Positions 51,066 to 61,747 are shown, counted from the stretch's first letter. The stretch: DNA of 64,000 bases from an uncultured archaeon (GCA_964590575.1 CAZPWM010000002.1:9714-73713), one strand, 5' to 3'. The notes: generated by a model not told the origin, from the sequence alone. A program made the numbers and translations.

Positions 51066-54000
51066 ATGGGTCGCAAGCCTAGGGAGATACATCCGAATGC
51101 AATACTGACTGTCTCGATCTATACAGGACTTGCTGCATTGGTCAGGCTTGCGAGAAAGCGAGTTGACAAGAAGACACGGAAATACCTTGAGAGCATTCTA
51201 ACACATTGGAGCAAAGCTCGAGAAGAACACAAGAAGAATCGAGAGAGTGTTGGAAGACAACGACTTGACTTCTCCTCAATCAAGAACGCAGAGTCCAACA
51301 TGCGAAAATTCTTCCTCAAGATTCTCTGGCACAGTACGCGACGTTATGGGAACAAGGAATTCAAGCGGGTATACAGCTGGGAAGAGGGAACTGTTGGACC
51401 ACTTAATGCATTACTCAACTACCTTGGAGCCCGACTGAGAGACCTAGCAATGACCAGATATCCATTTCCAGAACCCGAGAAATTCCAGATCAGGGTATAT
51501 CCAGATGAGACAAGATTGACGGTTCAAAAGAAACACGTGTCTAATTATGCACAGGATAATGCTGAAGACACATACTGGAAGGCAGGATACAAGGGAAACA
51601 GGAAACATCCCACAGTGTTGTTGACACACCCCTCACTACCAGGATTGGACTTTGTTGATATGATACGTGCCCATGGTGTTGAGCTTGTCCGTCAGTGTTT
51701 CATCCACAATGTTCCACGGTCTGAAGCTCACAGGTACATCAGATTGTTGCTCCATAGACTCACTCCGTTCTTGGACCATGTCTATACTCAAGGAAAGTGT
51801 GGTAGAAACTACTTCGAGCCAGATGCCGACAAGGAGCTCAGAAGACTGGTTCTGGAGATCCGTAGTCGATACAGTGGGCGTGTGGGGAAGAAACAGTCCA
51901 TATCCAGAGGTCTGGACCTGGACATCCCGGAACCCGATGTGGACATCTTGTGGAAGAAAGTGAGTGAGCTGGTTGAAAACACTCAGGACAAGAAGACAAG
52001 AAAGAGATACGGAAAGATTCTGGATAATATTGACCAAGGACTAATTGTAGACAGGGACATCCAGAAGCTCTATGACCAGGTCTTTGCCCTTGGACAGAAG
52101 GAGGGAAATGACTGGCACAGAGTCCTCCTGTCGGACCTTCACCACCCCGTGTCGTTGAGGTCTGTGATCTTTGCTGGGGACAGGATGCTTGACAAGCCCA
52201 CATCGGTCCTGATTGTAGCCGAACTCCCAGTGAAAGGACTCGAAGGGATTGGACGCATAGATTTGACCGTGTTCATCAGGCTAAACATCAAGGGGCGCGT
52301 GTTCTGGAGTCCTGTGATGGTCATTGAGGTCAAGTCAAAGACCTCTTTCGACTTCAATCTCTATGCTGTGAAGACTGGTAAGAAGAAAGAGTGGCCCCCA
52401 GTACTATACGTATGGAAGAGAATTCTGACACAGGAGGAATGGGACAGGACCATAGAGTCAGACCCTGATGACCGGGTCTTAAAGCAACTCGAGGCCTACG
52501 AAAAGGCATTGTTGGAGGAGAGCAGGACTCTGATTCCCAATGGTGTCGAACTCCCAAAGAGGCTCCTGAAGGGAGTTATTGTGCTTGACACAGATCAGGA
52601 CTACTCGGAGGTATTCAATGCTTTCCACACTCTTCTCGATGAACTGACCACTGAGATTCTCAAAGGCGGACTTGATGTGAGAGCAACTCAGACACTGTCT
52701 CTCAAGTCAGATGATGTTGGTGTTACCATTCCACGAGTTGCACTGATGCTTCTAGAGAGCGAGAACATAGACACATTCCTCAGGGAGCAGTCAGCTACTT
52801 TGTCACTCTCTGTTGAGAATCCCTTCAAGGAGAGAGTGTCTGATGACCGTCTGCTGACACACTATGTTTCAATTTCTTCTTCAACATCTTTCGGGAACGC
52901 AGCAGCATGGGTTTCTAGAAACTGGCACCTTTTGAACCACATCGAGGAGGTCGCTGAAGGATTGAGTGAGGACCTACAAGTCTACTGGCTCGATCTCTTG
53001 GGTGACTATCCATCCAAACAACTCATCAAGAGAAGGTTTGGTCTTGACACTCTATTGAAGCACAAGCAGATTGCCAAGAAGAGGCATGAAGCACTGACCT
53101 CTCTCCTTGAGAGTATCACCTTTGTCAACCTGAGAAACAATGTTGAGTCTATTATCTCTGGGGAATCTGCCGAACTCCAAGAGATCAAGATGAAAGGCCC
53201 TCATGACATGGAGAGAATCATCATTGTTGATGGATGGGTTCAAATCAGAGAGATGGTTTCTCCAGGTGAAGCGGACATTCTGAGAAACTTTGAAAACCAC
53301 CTCTTAGATGTTCTACCCACCCAGAATGTGAATGTGATTTGGATTGACAGTGGAGTCACCCACACAAAGATGAACAAGCACTATCAGAGGGCCTGTATAA
53401 GACCTCTACGTCACGACTCCCCTCGCCGGTTTCACATAGACGAAATTATCTACAATGTACCAACTGCACCACGGTTGTTTGGTTGGAGGGTTCCAAGAAA
53501 TGAGGACACGAGGTTCATCATCCAAGACACTCCAACCTCCGCAGATCCCTGGATACGACCCATAAGAGTGCCGCAACTGAGGGGATGGGCCCGAAAGTAT
53601 CGAGGAGTCACAAAAAGGGATGGATTCGTCGACCCAGCAGATGTCTATGGGATTGACTTCGAGGGAGTACCTATGTATGGTCGTTCTGTGACACTCAATG
53701 AGGTCCACTCATCGATTGCACCCCTGACATCTGAAACTGTAAAACATCTGCAAGGAATTGGAAAGACCCTCATCCCAAGTCTATCAAGGCGAGAGGAATC
53801 AGCTCCAGACAGACAGTCAACAGAGAAACAATGGAGGGGGGTTCCGTTGCCCGTCACCAGAAAGGACTCTCCTTCACTCACCGACAGAATGACTTTCACA
53901 CCTGGGAGACCTCCTCCACAGCATCACAAGAATAGGGGATTGTATGTTGATTTCTTGAAAATCAAGAGGGGCTGGTACTATGACAGAATCCCCATTGATA

Positions 54001-56705
54001 TCAATGACGAGGAGTATGAGGTGGGAGTTTCCCGAAGACCACCAATATATCGAAGGACTGGACTGGATGAGGTGGATTCACAAAAAGTCCGCAGGAGAGA
54101 GGTCAAACGAGTCATGAGCGCAGCGAGATTCCTGAGAAGACAGCTTGACAAAGACAAGAATAGTCGCCTTCACTCATGCTGCGGCGACATTATCAGAGTG
54201 TGCGCAGATGTGCTCTCAGACACCCATGATGAAGAGGCCTTGTTGGTCGTTCTATCGGAGGTTAGAGGCATCATTCTCCGTGATTCTTGGAGGGCCCAAC
54301 TATGGGACCTTGTTGAGAGTTCAAGAGAAACAGTTGGTGACGTCCTGACGACTGACAACAGGACTGTACTGACAATGGCTAGAGAATTCTGTCCTGACAT
54401 TCTCTCCCTCTATGGGAACAATCTGTTCCTTGCCCTTCTCACAGTTATCAAGACACACTCCCTGAAACCTTCGGAGGACGTTATCATAGCCCTCTGGGAG
54501 TCGATGGCTGAATGGCGGTTGTACCAGATGGGATTCCGTCAGAAGGACCATGCAGAGGAGACTGCAAGTTCACAGTATGACTTCCAGTTCATCTACTCGA
54601 AGCTGGTGCTCCGAGTAGAACATCTGACTGATGTTACCACCCCACCTCTTCAAGCACCAGTCGAGGATGTGGCCTACGGCCAGCTTGTTTGGACTGAGAG
54701 AGAAGGTGCTCAGGATGTATGGGTTGTGTTACCAGACGTAAAAACGCCACTCCTTGGCCTTGAGTGCGGAGTCAGGGGTAGTGGAATGAAGCCTGGGTGG
54801 CATCAATGCGTGACAGATCCATCTACCCTGAAGACCTCAGTCAAGACTCTATCTGAAACTACGCTGAGGAGTCAGATTGCCCGGACCGTTATTGGGAAGA
54901 CTCACATTCTATGGTTCATGGATGAGGTCGAAGGGGAGTATCAGTGGACTACACCAACAGTCTTTGAATTTGCCATCAGTAAAGAGGATGGCCGATTGCT
55001 TCGATGGTTCAGGCTCTCTCCTGTTCTTGAGAGTATCTTCTTGGAACTGGAGAAGAACAGACCCAGACAGATTCCAAGGGCTGGAACTGATGTGGACTCT
55101 CTGCTTTTTGGAGCCTTCAAAGGTTCACAGGACATTGAAGAAGTGAAAGTCCAAGTGAGTGTGGACATTGAAAACGAACTGTACTTGGTAGAGTTCAGTT
55201 CCGGTCATGTTTTCAGAGTGAGGAACACGCATGAACTAATCGGTCTGCTCAAACATCCTTACCTGAAGGGAGCACCTCTCAGGACAGATGATGATAGACT
55301 GTTGTTCTGGGACCATAAGAAGGACATCGAGTATGCATATGTTGTTGACAGGCGAGGGAAGAAAGGTCATGTCATAGACCTTTCATTTCTCAGACCTCTG
55401 GTTCATCGTGCGAACCTATTTTCTCTTGGTGACTTATTTCCCAAGACCTGTGCAGATCTCCTCAACACGAGTGATGGAGGAACCATCACTCTGGTTGCGA
55501 AGGTGGATAATAATCGTCGGAATAGGGGTGATTTCAACTTCATCAAGGTCAGACTGATAGGACTACCAAAGAGGTCGCGGTTGAAGACTCTTGAGGATGA
55601 GTGGATGAACCCATATGATTTAGAACTGATTCTTGGGTGTGAAGGATTGGTTGACTCCACTATTGGAAACAACTTCTCCCTTGAAACAGATGTGAGTGAG
55701 CTGAGGGGTGTTCGTCTGCCTTCGGGACTGGATGAGGACTCACAACTAGTCAAATCCCTCGTTATTGAAGACGATGGAGAGGAAGAACAGAAACCGTTAC
55801 TTCCGGAAGGTGAGTGGACCCTGTCCAGTAAGTTCAAGGGGGGAACTATCCAATGGAGTCTAGACTCACCACTCGCAAATCAGTTGTGGATGGGCAAGAC
55901 CTTTAGTACAAGGCTGGACGGGACTCTGAGTATAGAGGAAATGGTGAAGGAGTTTATCGGGGAGCTGAAGATAGTAGGTGCATCAAAAGATAATATCCAC
56001 AACTTTGATGAAGAGCTCGATGACATAAGAGAAGGACTCAGAGGATGTGGTTGGGGGAACGAGCGTCCAGAGTGTAGGGCTGAAGCTGTGCAAACTGGCG
56101 GAGGGGTCAGAATATCTCTAAGAACCTGTGGAGAGAATGAGGTCATAGTCTATGAAGATGTCATCAATCCAGGTGAAGATGATGCTGCGGACTTGGTAAT
56201 CGATGCTCTTGATGATTATGAATGGTCTAAATACACTACTGTGAACAAAGAGGAGTTCAGGAGGATGTTGAGAGGAATCTTGGACGACGAAGAGCTGGAA
56301 CCAGATGTTGTTGATGTTGAAGAGGCAGAACTGCTGATGATTGTTGAAGAATGTAGAGTCGAGGGTAACCTTAGGTGGATGTGTAGTCAGACAAACACAC
56401 TGGTAGATTATTACTTACGACAAGAGCGGCTTGATGTTGCTCTAGAGAAGATAGATGAGAATCTCTCAAATCTCGAGACCTTGGACTTGGATGATGAAGA
56501 TGGACGTTGGTACTTGTTCATAGCCAGAGTCTTAAGAGCTGAGATACTCCTTGCAACAAATAATCCCAAAGAGTCAAGGAAAGAAATAGACAAAGCCTTT
56601 GAGATCATTCCTGATGATGTTGAGTTGTGGATGTTAGGAGTTGGGACAAGAAGAGAGTACTATGAGCGAGGTATGAAACTTAGAACTGATGTAATTGATT
56701 GTTAG
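51066..56705 (+). CDS. giant protein (1879 aa) of unknown function with RecB-like PD-(D/E)xK nuclease motif
   Basis: Uninterrupted 5.6-kb ORF; aa ~385-490: AELPVKGLEGIGRIDLTVF ...VMVIEVKSK ... QLEAY (D / ExK / QxxxY); no Walker A/B; TATA-like ttataaa ~30 nt upstream of ATG. Confidence 0.6.
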   Translation: MGRKPREIHPNAILTVSIYTGLAALVRLARKRVDKKTRKYLESILTHWSKAREEHKKNRESVGRQRLDFSSIKNAESNMRKFFLKILWHSTRRYGNKEFKRVYSWEEGTVGPLNALLNYLGARLRDLAMTRYPFPEPEKFQIRVYPDETRLTVQKKHVSNYAQDNAEDTYWKAGYKGNRKHPTVLLTHPSLPGLDFVDMIRAHGVELVRQCFIHNVPRSEAHRYIRLLLHRLTPFLDHVYTQGKCGRNYFEPDADKELRRLVLEIRSRYSGRVGKKQSISRGLDLDIPEPDVDILWKKVSELVENTQDKKTRKRYGKILDNIDQGLIVDRDIQKLYDQVFALGQKEGNDWHRVLLSDLHHPVSLRSVIFAGDRMLDKPTSVLIVAELPVKGLEGIGRIDLTVFIRLNIKGRVFWSPVMVIEVKSKTSFDFNLYAVKTGKKKEWPPVLYVWKRILTQEEWDRTIESDPDDRVLKQLEAYEKALLEESRTLIPNGVELPKRLLKGVIVLDTDQDYSEVFNAFHTLLDELTTEILKGGLDVRATQTLSLKSDDVGVTIPRVALMLLESENIDTFLREQSATLSLSVENPFKERVSDDRLLTHYVSISSSTSFGNAAAWVSRNWHLLNHIEEVAEGLSEDLQVYWLDLLGDYPSKQLIKRRFGLDTLLKHKQIAKKRHEALTSLLESITFVNLRNNVESIISGESAELQEIKMKGPHDMERIIIVDGWVQIREMVSPGEADILRNFENHLLDVLPTQNVNVIWIDSGVTHTKMNKHYQRACIRPLRHDSPRRFHIDEIIYNVPTAPRLFGWRVPRNEDTRFIIQDTPTSADPWIRPIRVPQLRGWARKYRGVTKRDGFVDPADVYGIDFEGVPMYGRSVTLNEVHSSIAPLTSETVKHLQGIGKTLIPSLSRREESAPDRQSTEKQWRGVPLPVTRKDSPSLTDRMTFTPGRPPPQHHKNRGLYVDFLKIKRGWYYDRIPIDINDEEYEVGVSRRPPIYRRTGLDEVDSQKVRRREVKRVMSAARFLRRQLDKDKNSRLHSCCGDIIRVCADVLSDTHDEEALLVVLSEVRGIILRDSWRAQLWDLVESSRETVGDVLTTDNRTVLTMAREFCPDILSLYGNNLFLALLTVIKTHSLKPSEDVIIALWESMAEWRLYQMGFRQKDHAEETASSQYDFQFIYSKLVLRVEHLTDVTTPPLQAPVEDVAYGQLVWTEREGAQDVWVVLPDVKTPLLGLECGVRGSGMKPGWHQCVTDPSTLKTSVKTLSETTLRSQIARTVIGKTHILWFMDEVEGEYQWTTPTVFEFAISKEDGRLLRWFRLSPVLESIFLELEKNRPRQIPRAGTDVDSLLFGAFKGSQDIEEVKVQVSVDIENELYLVEFSSGHVFRVRNTHELIGLLKHPYLKGAPLRTDDDRLLFWDHKKDIEYAYVVDRRGKKGHVIDLSFLRPLVHRANLFSLGDLFPKTCADLLNTSDGGTITLVAKVDNNRRNRGDFNFIKVRLIGLPKRSRLKTLEDEWMNPYDLELILGCEGLVDSTIGNNFSLETDVSELRGVRLPSGLDEDSQLVKSLVIEDDGEEEQKPLLPEGEWTLSSKFKGGTIQWSLDSPLANQLWMGKTFSTRLDGTLSIEEMVKEFIGELKIVGASKDNIHNFDEELDDIREGLRGCGWGNERPECRAEAVQTGGGVRISLRTCGENEVIVYEDVINPGEDDAADLVIDALDDYEWSKYTTVNKEEFRRMLRGILDDEELEPDVVDVEEAELLMIVEECRVEGNLRWMCSQTNTLVDYYLRQERLDVALEKIDENLSNLETLDLDDEDGRWYLFIARVLRAEILLATNNPKESRKEIDKAFEIIPDDVELWMLGVGTRREYYERGMKLRTDVIDC

Positions 56706-56879
56706 ACAACCTAGAGTTGTTCAAGGAATGTGTGTTGTAGTAATGAATAGTATCTCCATCTTCTGATGTCTTTATTTTTCTCCTTGCATTTTATGAAACA
56801 GCAACCTCCATCCTTTGTTGTCGTTTTTTTTCTTTTTCACAAACGTTGATTAGATAAACCAAAACTGAGAATCATTACG

Positions 56880-57722
56880 ATGATTCAGAGAGTTCTATTG
56901 TTCAGAAACCTACTAGATAACATACCTAAGAACATTGGACTATACTCAGTGGGCGTCATGCTTCTTTTTCTGTTTCGTGTCACATTTGACCCATTGCAAT
57001 TGCTGTTGGGACTGCTTGCCTTCATGGTTTCTTATTCATCGATTTATGTGCTTAACGATCTATATGATATTGAAGACGACAAGAAAGATGAAAAGAAAGT
57101 TCTGAGAAAACCCTTAGCTCAGGGCGTCGTGAATAGAAGCGAAGCTGTGAAGATTTTCCTTTCATTTTTGATTCTGGGTCTTCTACTCTCTATTTTTCTC
57201 AATATGTTATTCTTCTGTGTAGTTAGCTCATTAGTCTTCATCAACATGATTTACTCTATTCCATTAACAACAAACACGAACCAGAGCATAGAAGAGGTGA
57301 GTCCAAGAAGATTGAAACACACTATGTTTGGACCATTTCTAGTTTTCCTCATGCAATTTCTGAAGATTTTCCTTCCTTGGACATTTAACACAGAGGTGAT
57401 GCAATTTCCAGTTCTTTTTGCTATCGGATTTTCTCTCGTCTATGTTATACTTTTCAAAGGTTACAAAGAATATCGCACTATTGGAGAATCTGTCAAGCAG
57501 ACACCGTTTTCCTTTTGCTTCGCGATTGTTGTTTTCTTATTGTCAATGAGCATATATCCCGAACCTTTAGTTCAAGCATCAATAGTACTCTACATAATTG
57601 CAGGAATCATGTTCTTCTGGAATTCACACATTACTGATAGAAGGATCTTACTATTGAGCCCAATCTATATCCTTCTAGGAATTCTGATCTTGTTCTATTT
57701 AATGACAAATGTACTGACCTGA
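56880..57722 (+). CDS. UbiA-family aromatic prenyltransferase
   Basis: Multi-TM; NDxxDxxxD motif (VLNDLYDIEDD). Confidence 0.75.
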   Translation: MIQRVLLFRNLLDNIPKNIGLYSVGVMLLFLFRVTFDPLQLLLGLLAFMVSYSSIYVLNDLYDIEDDKKDEKKVLRKPLAQGVVNRSEAVKIFLSFLILGLLLSIFLNMLFFCVVSSLVFINMIYSIPLTTNTNQSIEEVSPRRLKHTMFGPFLVFLMQFLKIFLPWTFNTEVMQFPVLFAIGFSLVYVILFKGYKEYRTIGESVKQTPFSFCFAIVVFLLSMSIYPEPLVQASIVLYIIAGIMFFWNSHITDRRILLLSPIYILLGILILFYLMTNVLT

Positions 57723-57811
57723 CAACAAAGTTATGCTTGATGAGTAGCACGTGACCTCCATCACTTGTTGTCGAATATTTCTAACAACCTACTTCTGACA
57801 TTGAATAGAAT

Positions 57812-59185
57812 CTACACACGTCTTGCAGCTTCATAAACAGGTAACAAACGAGCTCTCCAAGCTGCAAGCTGCTTCGGTGATTTCGGATAATCAGCGTAAA
57901 TCTCCCTCATGTTAGCCATCAATTTAGAAACCGCAGACACCCTCTTTAGAAATGATACATTCCCGAGTCCAGAGATTAGTCGTTTAAACTTCTCGCTACT
58001 ACTTGTCTTCATTTCACCAGTTACGCTTACACTGAGGAGGTCTGAACCTTTGATGATTCCCTTTCTGAATGCAAAATTGATTTCATCATTTGTGACATTG
58101 AGGAGATATTCCTTGAAGATATCGAGTGCTGCTTGTTTCACACCATAGCTTCCCATGTATCTCTCATTATAAGACCAAAGAGATTCGATAGATGTATCAT
58201 TCACATTAAGTGCTTCAGAGGCTGTTATTCCAGCAAGAGCGCCTCCCAGCATGGAAGGACCTATTCCTCCTCCATGGACCGGATTGACCTGACATGCCGC
58301 ATCACCCGCAAGCATGAAGTTATCATCAACCAACGAATCTATTGGTCTCCTCATTGGCGCTATCCCTCCACTGCTATCAATGTCAATATTCTTCTTTTTC
58401 ATGAAGTCCCAATTGGTCCGGACAAAGTTATCGAATATCTCATGTGGTCCTCCATGTCCTGAGAGAGTTAGTAAACCAACTCCTACGTTCACCTTATGGC
58501 TGCCCCGAGGAAAGACCCATGTGTATCCTCCGGGTGTTTGGGTCTGGTTCCAGTAGATCTCAAGAATATTGGGGGTTTCAAATGTGTGTTCAGGTGTTTC
58601 AAGGATAGATCGCCATGCAACCATCATATCCTGTTTATCGATATTTCTTTCAATCAGCGAATTCTCAGGCAACTGCCTTCTGAGCATCCCCGCTGCACCC
58701 GTGGCATCTACAATGATTCTAGCAGTAAGACTCTTGTCTTTATTTTCGTCATCGAGTTTTACCCTCACACCAGATACTTTTCCTTCATCAAAGAGAAGGT
58801 GCTTTACTCTGGTAGATGGCAGGACTTCTACTCCCTCCTTTTCTGCCAGAGATAACAACCACTGACCAAGCTTTAGCCTGTTGAATGAAAACCCCTCAAT
58901 AGTCGGACCATCCAGTCGTAACCTATTCTCTCTATTAGGTGCAATCAAGTCTATGCCATTAAGGGTGTGCTCCACTATGCTATCAGGTATTGATGGAAAT
59001 CCAATTAGCTCTTTGAGTTTCCTTGGATGATGAGCGGCAAGTGCATCACCACAAGTCTTGTCACCGATTTTCTCCTTGTTCTTTCTGTCAATCAATAAGA
59101 TTGTATATCCTCTCCTTGCAATAGCCAATGCGGTTACCGCACCTGCAGTGCCAGCTCCTGACACGATAACATCGTAGTCTTTCAT
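57812..59185 (-). CDS. geranylgeranyl reductase family FAD-dependent oxidoreductase (457 aa)
   Basis: YDVIVSGAGTAGAVTA dinucleotide motif, GDAA motif (LAGDAACQVNP), GGR-like. Confidence 0.8.
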   Translation of the reverse strand: MKDYDVIVSGAGTAGAVTALAIARRGYTILLIDRKNKEKIGDKTCGDALAAHHPRKLKELIGFPSIPDSIVEHTLNGIDLIAPNRENRLRLDGPTIEGFSFNRLKLGQWLLSLAEKEGVEVLPSTRVKHLLFDEGKVSGVRVKLDDENKDKSLTARIIVDATGAAGMLRRQLPENSLIERNIDKQDMMVAWRSILETPEHTFETPNILEIYWNQTQTPGGYTWVFPRGSHKVNVGVGLLTLSGHGGPHEIFDNFVRTNWDFMKKKNIDIDSSGGIAPMRRPIDSLVDDNFMLAGDAACQVNPVHGGGIGPSMLGGALAGITASEALNVNDTSIESLWSYNERYMGSYGVKQAALDIFKEYLLNVTNDEINFAFRKGIIKGSDLLSVSVTGEMKTSSSEKFKRLISGLGNVSFLKRVSAVSKLMANMREIYADYPKSPKQLAAWRARLLPVYEAARRV

Positions 59186-59312
59186 CTCCCAAATTCACCT
59201 AACTTGTCCAAATTTCAATATGCGATGGAATCTAAGATTCTTGTGAATAGCTTTGTCCAACTTAAGCGCTCATTTTCGTGCATTATTGCTCTTTAGAATT
59301 CAAGACATCCCT

Positions 59313-60080
59313 ATGGAGAATGTTATCAAGCGGTTCAATATCGCAGTGCGAAGTTATCTATTCAAGATTGAAGGATTTGGTTCAATGAGTAAAGGAGTCC
59401 TCAAAGTCTTCTCAGAGGTTGCTCGCCAGTATGAATTGGTGAACCACATCCTGACATTTGGTCTTGATATTCCTTGGAGAGAGAGGGCCGCCCAAGTAGC
59501 TGCGTCAGGTGGAGGGGCTCTCTGGTTAGAGGTCTGCAGTGGGACCGGAGAAATGGCTGTTAATCTCAAGAAGATCGCAGATCCTACCACTAAGATTGTT
59601 GTATCCGATTTCTCCATGCCCATGGTTTCAAAGGCTAGTGAAAAAGAAGAACTTGGCACAGCTTCGATTTCACTTGCTGACTCACTACATCTTCCCTTCA
59701 TTGAAAATACGTTCGATCTTGTGATAATTTCTTTTGCAACTCGTAACATCACACCTACCCGTGCAAAATTGACAATGTTTCTCCGAGAATTTTATCGTGT
59801 ATTGAAACCTGGTGGTCGCTTCATCAACCTCGAAACCAGCCAACCTTCTTCAACGCCAATCAGAATCGCTTTTCGCCTATACACAAGACAAGTCATTAAA
59901 TTGGTCGGAAGGATAATCTCAGGCTCAAAGACAGGATACGCATACTTGGCACATACTGTCCCCAGATTCTTTAATGCAGAAGAACTTTCAGACATTCTTT
60001 ATGAGTCTGGGTTTTCAAACGTAAAATACATTAAATTGACATTTGGTGCTGTGGCAATCCACCGTGCTCTGAAAAAATAG
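59313..60080 (+). CDS. class I SAM-dependent methyltransferase, UbiE/MenG (COQ5) family
   Basis: VF..VA..Y...N..L..G.D..WR N-terminus, SAM motif LEVCSGTGEMA, family-typical C-terminus; start placed at ATG 59313 (MENVIKRF). Confidence 0.75.
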   Translation: MENVIKRFNIAVRSYLFKIEGFGSMSKGVLKVFSEVARQYELVNHILTFGLDIPWRERAAQVAASGGGALWLEVCSGTGEMAVNLKKIADPTTKIVVSDFSMPMVSKASEKEELGTASISLADSLHLPFIENTFDLVIISFATRNITPTRAKLTMFLREFYRVLKPGGRFINLETSQPSSTPIRIAFRLYTRQVIKLVGRIISGSKTGYAYLAHTVPRFFNAEELSDILYESGFSNVKYIKLTFGAVAIHRALKK

Positions 60081-60164
60081 AGTTCACATTAAACCAGAAA
60101 CCTTTTCAAAAAGGCGAATGTTTTTACTAGATTATTTGAAGAGCCCTTCTAGGTCTAAAAGACC

Positions 60165-60362
60165 ATGCTTCAATTAGCATCTATCGGAATCATGTTGATG
60201 GCTCTCAGCATTATTCCCCTTCTTTTCCTTCTGTACACAATAACGCACCTAGGAAAACTGGGAATTGAAATTAAACATCCTAGAGTGATAGTCGAACTAA
60301 TGTTATTTATTGGACTCTTATTGGTGGGGCTAATTTTCTGGTTTGGCCAACCTATAATCTGA
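60165..60362 (+). CDS. small 2-TM membrane protein (65 aa)
   Basis: Two hydrophobic helices; ORF only. Confidence 0.4.
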   Translation: MLQLASIGIMLMALSIIPLLFLLYTITHLGKLGIEIKHPRVIVELMLFIGLLLVGLIFWFGQPII

Positions 60363-61605
60363 TTACCTTCTCCTCTTTTCTGCTTCTCTCAGCGGCAAAG
60401 GTCATCAGATGTGTTTCTAGAGTTTCCTCAGGTCCTGAAAGAATCAGACTTGGGTCATTATGCGCAACTGCAGACACGAAGGTATCTATGAGAGTATAAT
60501 CACCACCACCGTGATCTGCGAGGGAATCAGGAATACGCGGGGCATCTATGGTAGTATCAAAAATTTCTGTTTTGCCGCTTAGAAACTGGTGGATCTGGAT
60601 TTTCTCGCTGTTTGCGTATATCTCACCACGACTGCCGAAGATTCGAGTTTCCCTTTGCCTGGCTTTAGTGAACCCAGTCATCGTGAATGAGGCTGTTTCT
60701 CCTCCCTCGAACTCCATATTGACTACTTGATGATCCACGACATCATTGTCGCATTCGTACACACACCGACCGTATGGTCCTGTTCTAAGCTCATGAATTA
60801 TTCCTCCCTTTGTCATCTCCGAAGTGATTGTACTCAGAGGCCATTCGGTCCTTCCCTGTTCAAAGAGTTTCAAATAGAATCTCTTTGCAGAATACGGACA
60901 TTCCGGTTCATAATCACATTCCAAACAATTACTTCCTGCAGTTTCAGGTTTGTTTTCACTACGAAAATGTGTCAGAGACCCGAATGAAGACACAGTCGTG
61001 CATTTCTTTCCCATGATGTATCTAATCCAGTCGAGGTCGTGACAGGATTTTGTAAGTAACATAAAGGATGATTCTTTCTCATTTCTCCAGTTTCCTCTCA
61101 CAAAGGAGTGTGCCTGATGCCAATATCCAACTGGTTCCAGATGTTGAAGACTTATGACATCTCCAATAATACCCGAATCAAGAATCGCTTTGAGTTTCTG
61201 AGTGTACCTGGTGTATCTGAGAACATGACCAACAGCGAAGACTATGTTTCGTGAAAGAACGGTTTTTGCGATCTCTCTGCAGCTCTTTTCATCGGGTGCC
61301 ATAGGTTTCTCTAACAGAATGTGGTAGTCTTTCTTGGCAAATGCAATTGCAGGGTCTCGATGCATATGATCTTGAGTTGTGATTATGACTGCATCTGCGA
61401 ACTTCTTTTTCTTTGCCATGTCTTTCCAATCAGTGAAAACATTCTCTTCGGGTATATTATAGTCCTTTACCATTTTCTCTCGATAGAAATCACGTGGTTC
61501 TGCAACACCAACGATTTGTGCTCTTTTCGGGTGTTCTTTAGCATAGGAGGCATATACGAAACCTCGATCTCCAGCTCCTGCAATTATCAACTCGACTGGT
61601 TTCAT
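60352..61605 (-). CDS. Gfo/Idh/MocA family NAD(P)-dependent oxidoreductase
   Basis: N-terminal Rossmann (ELIIAGAGDRG), EKPMA motif (LLEKPMAP). Confidence 0.8.
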   Translation of the reverse strand: MKPVELIIAGAGDRGFVYASYAKEHPKRAQIVGVAEPRDFYREKMVKDYNIPEENVFTDWKDMAKKKKFADAVIITTQDHMHRDPAIAFAKKDYHILLEKPMAPDEKSCREIAKTVLSRNIVFAVGHVLRYTRYTQKLKAILDSGIIGDVISLQHLEPVGYWHQAHSFVRGNWRNEKESSFMLLTKSCHDLDWIRYIMGKKCTTVSSFGSLTHFRSENKPETAGSNCLECDYEPECPYSAKRFYLKLFEQGRTEWPLSTITSEMTKGGIIHELRTGPYGRCVYECDNDVVDHQVVNMEFEGGETASFTMTGFTKARQRETRIFGSRGEIYANSEKIQIHQFLSGKTEIFDTTIDAPRIPDSLADHGGGDYTLIDTFVSAVAHNDPSLILSGPEETLETHLMTFAAERSRKEEKVIRL

Positions 61606-61747
61606 AGTATTTTCCTACCCAGTGGACATTCTATGGACTGAATGCATGGTCCATTTCAATGTATACCTTAGTCCAATCCGATACAACTCTTATTCCTTCC
61701 CCAAACTATAAAACAGGATAATTAACTATAGTTTATAGTGATACATC

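Noticed and set aside
54877-54925. Walker-A-like ARTVIGKT followed by FMDE in the giant protein
   Set aside because: The hhhhDE lies only 6 residues after the GKT, incompatible with a real Walker A/B spacing; no other NTPase motifs; treated as coincidence
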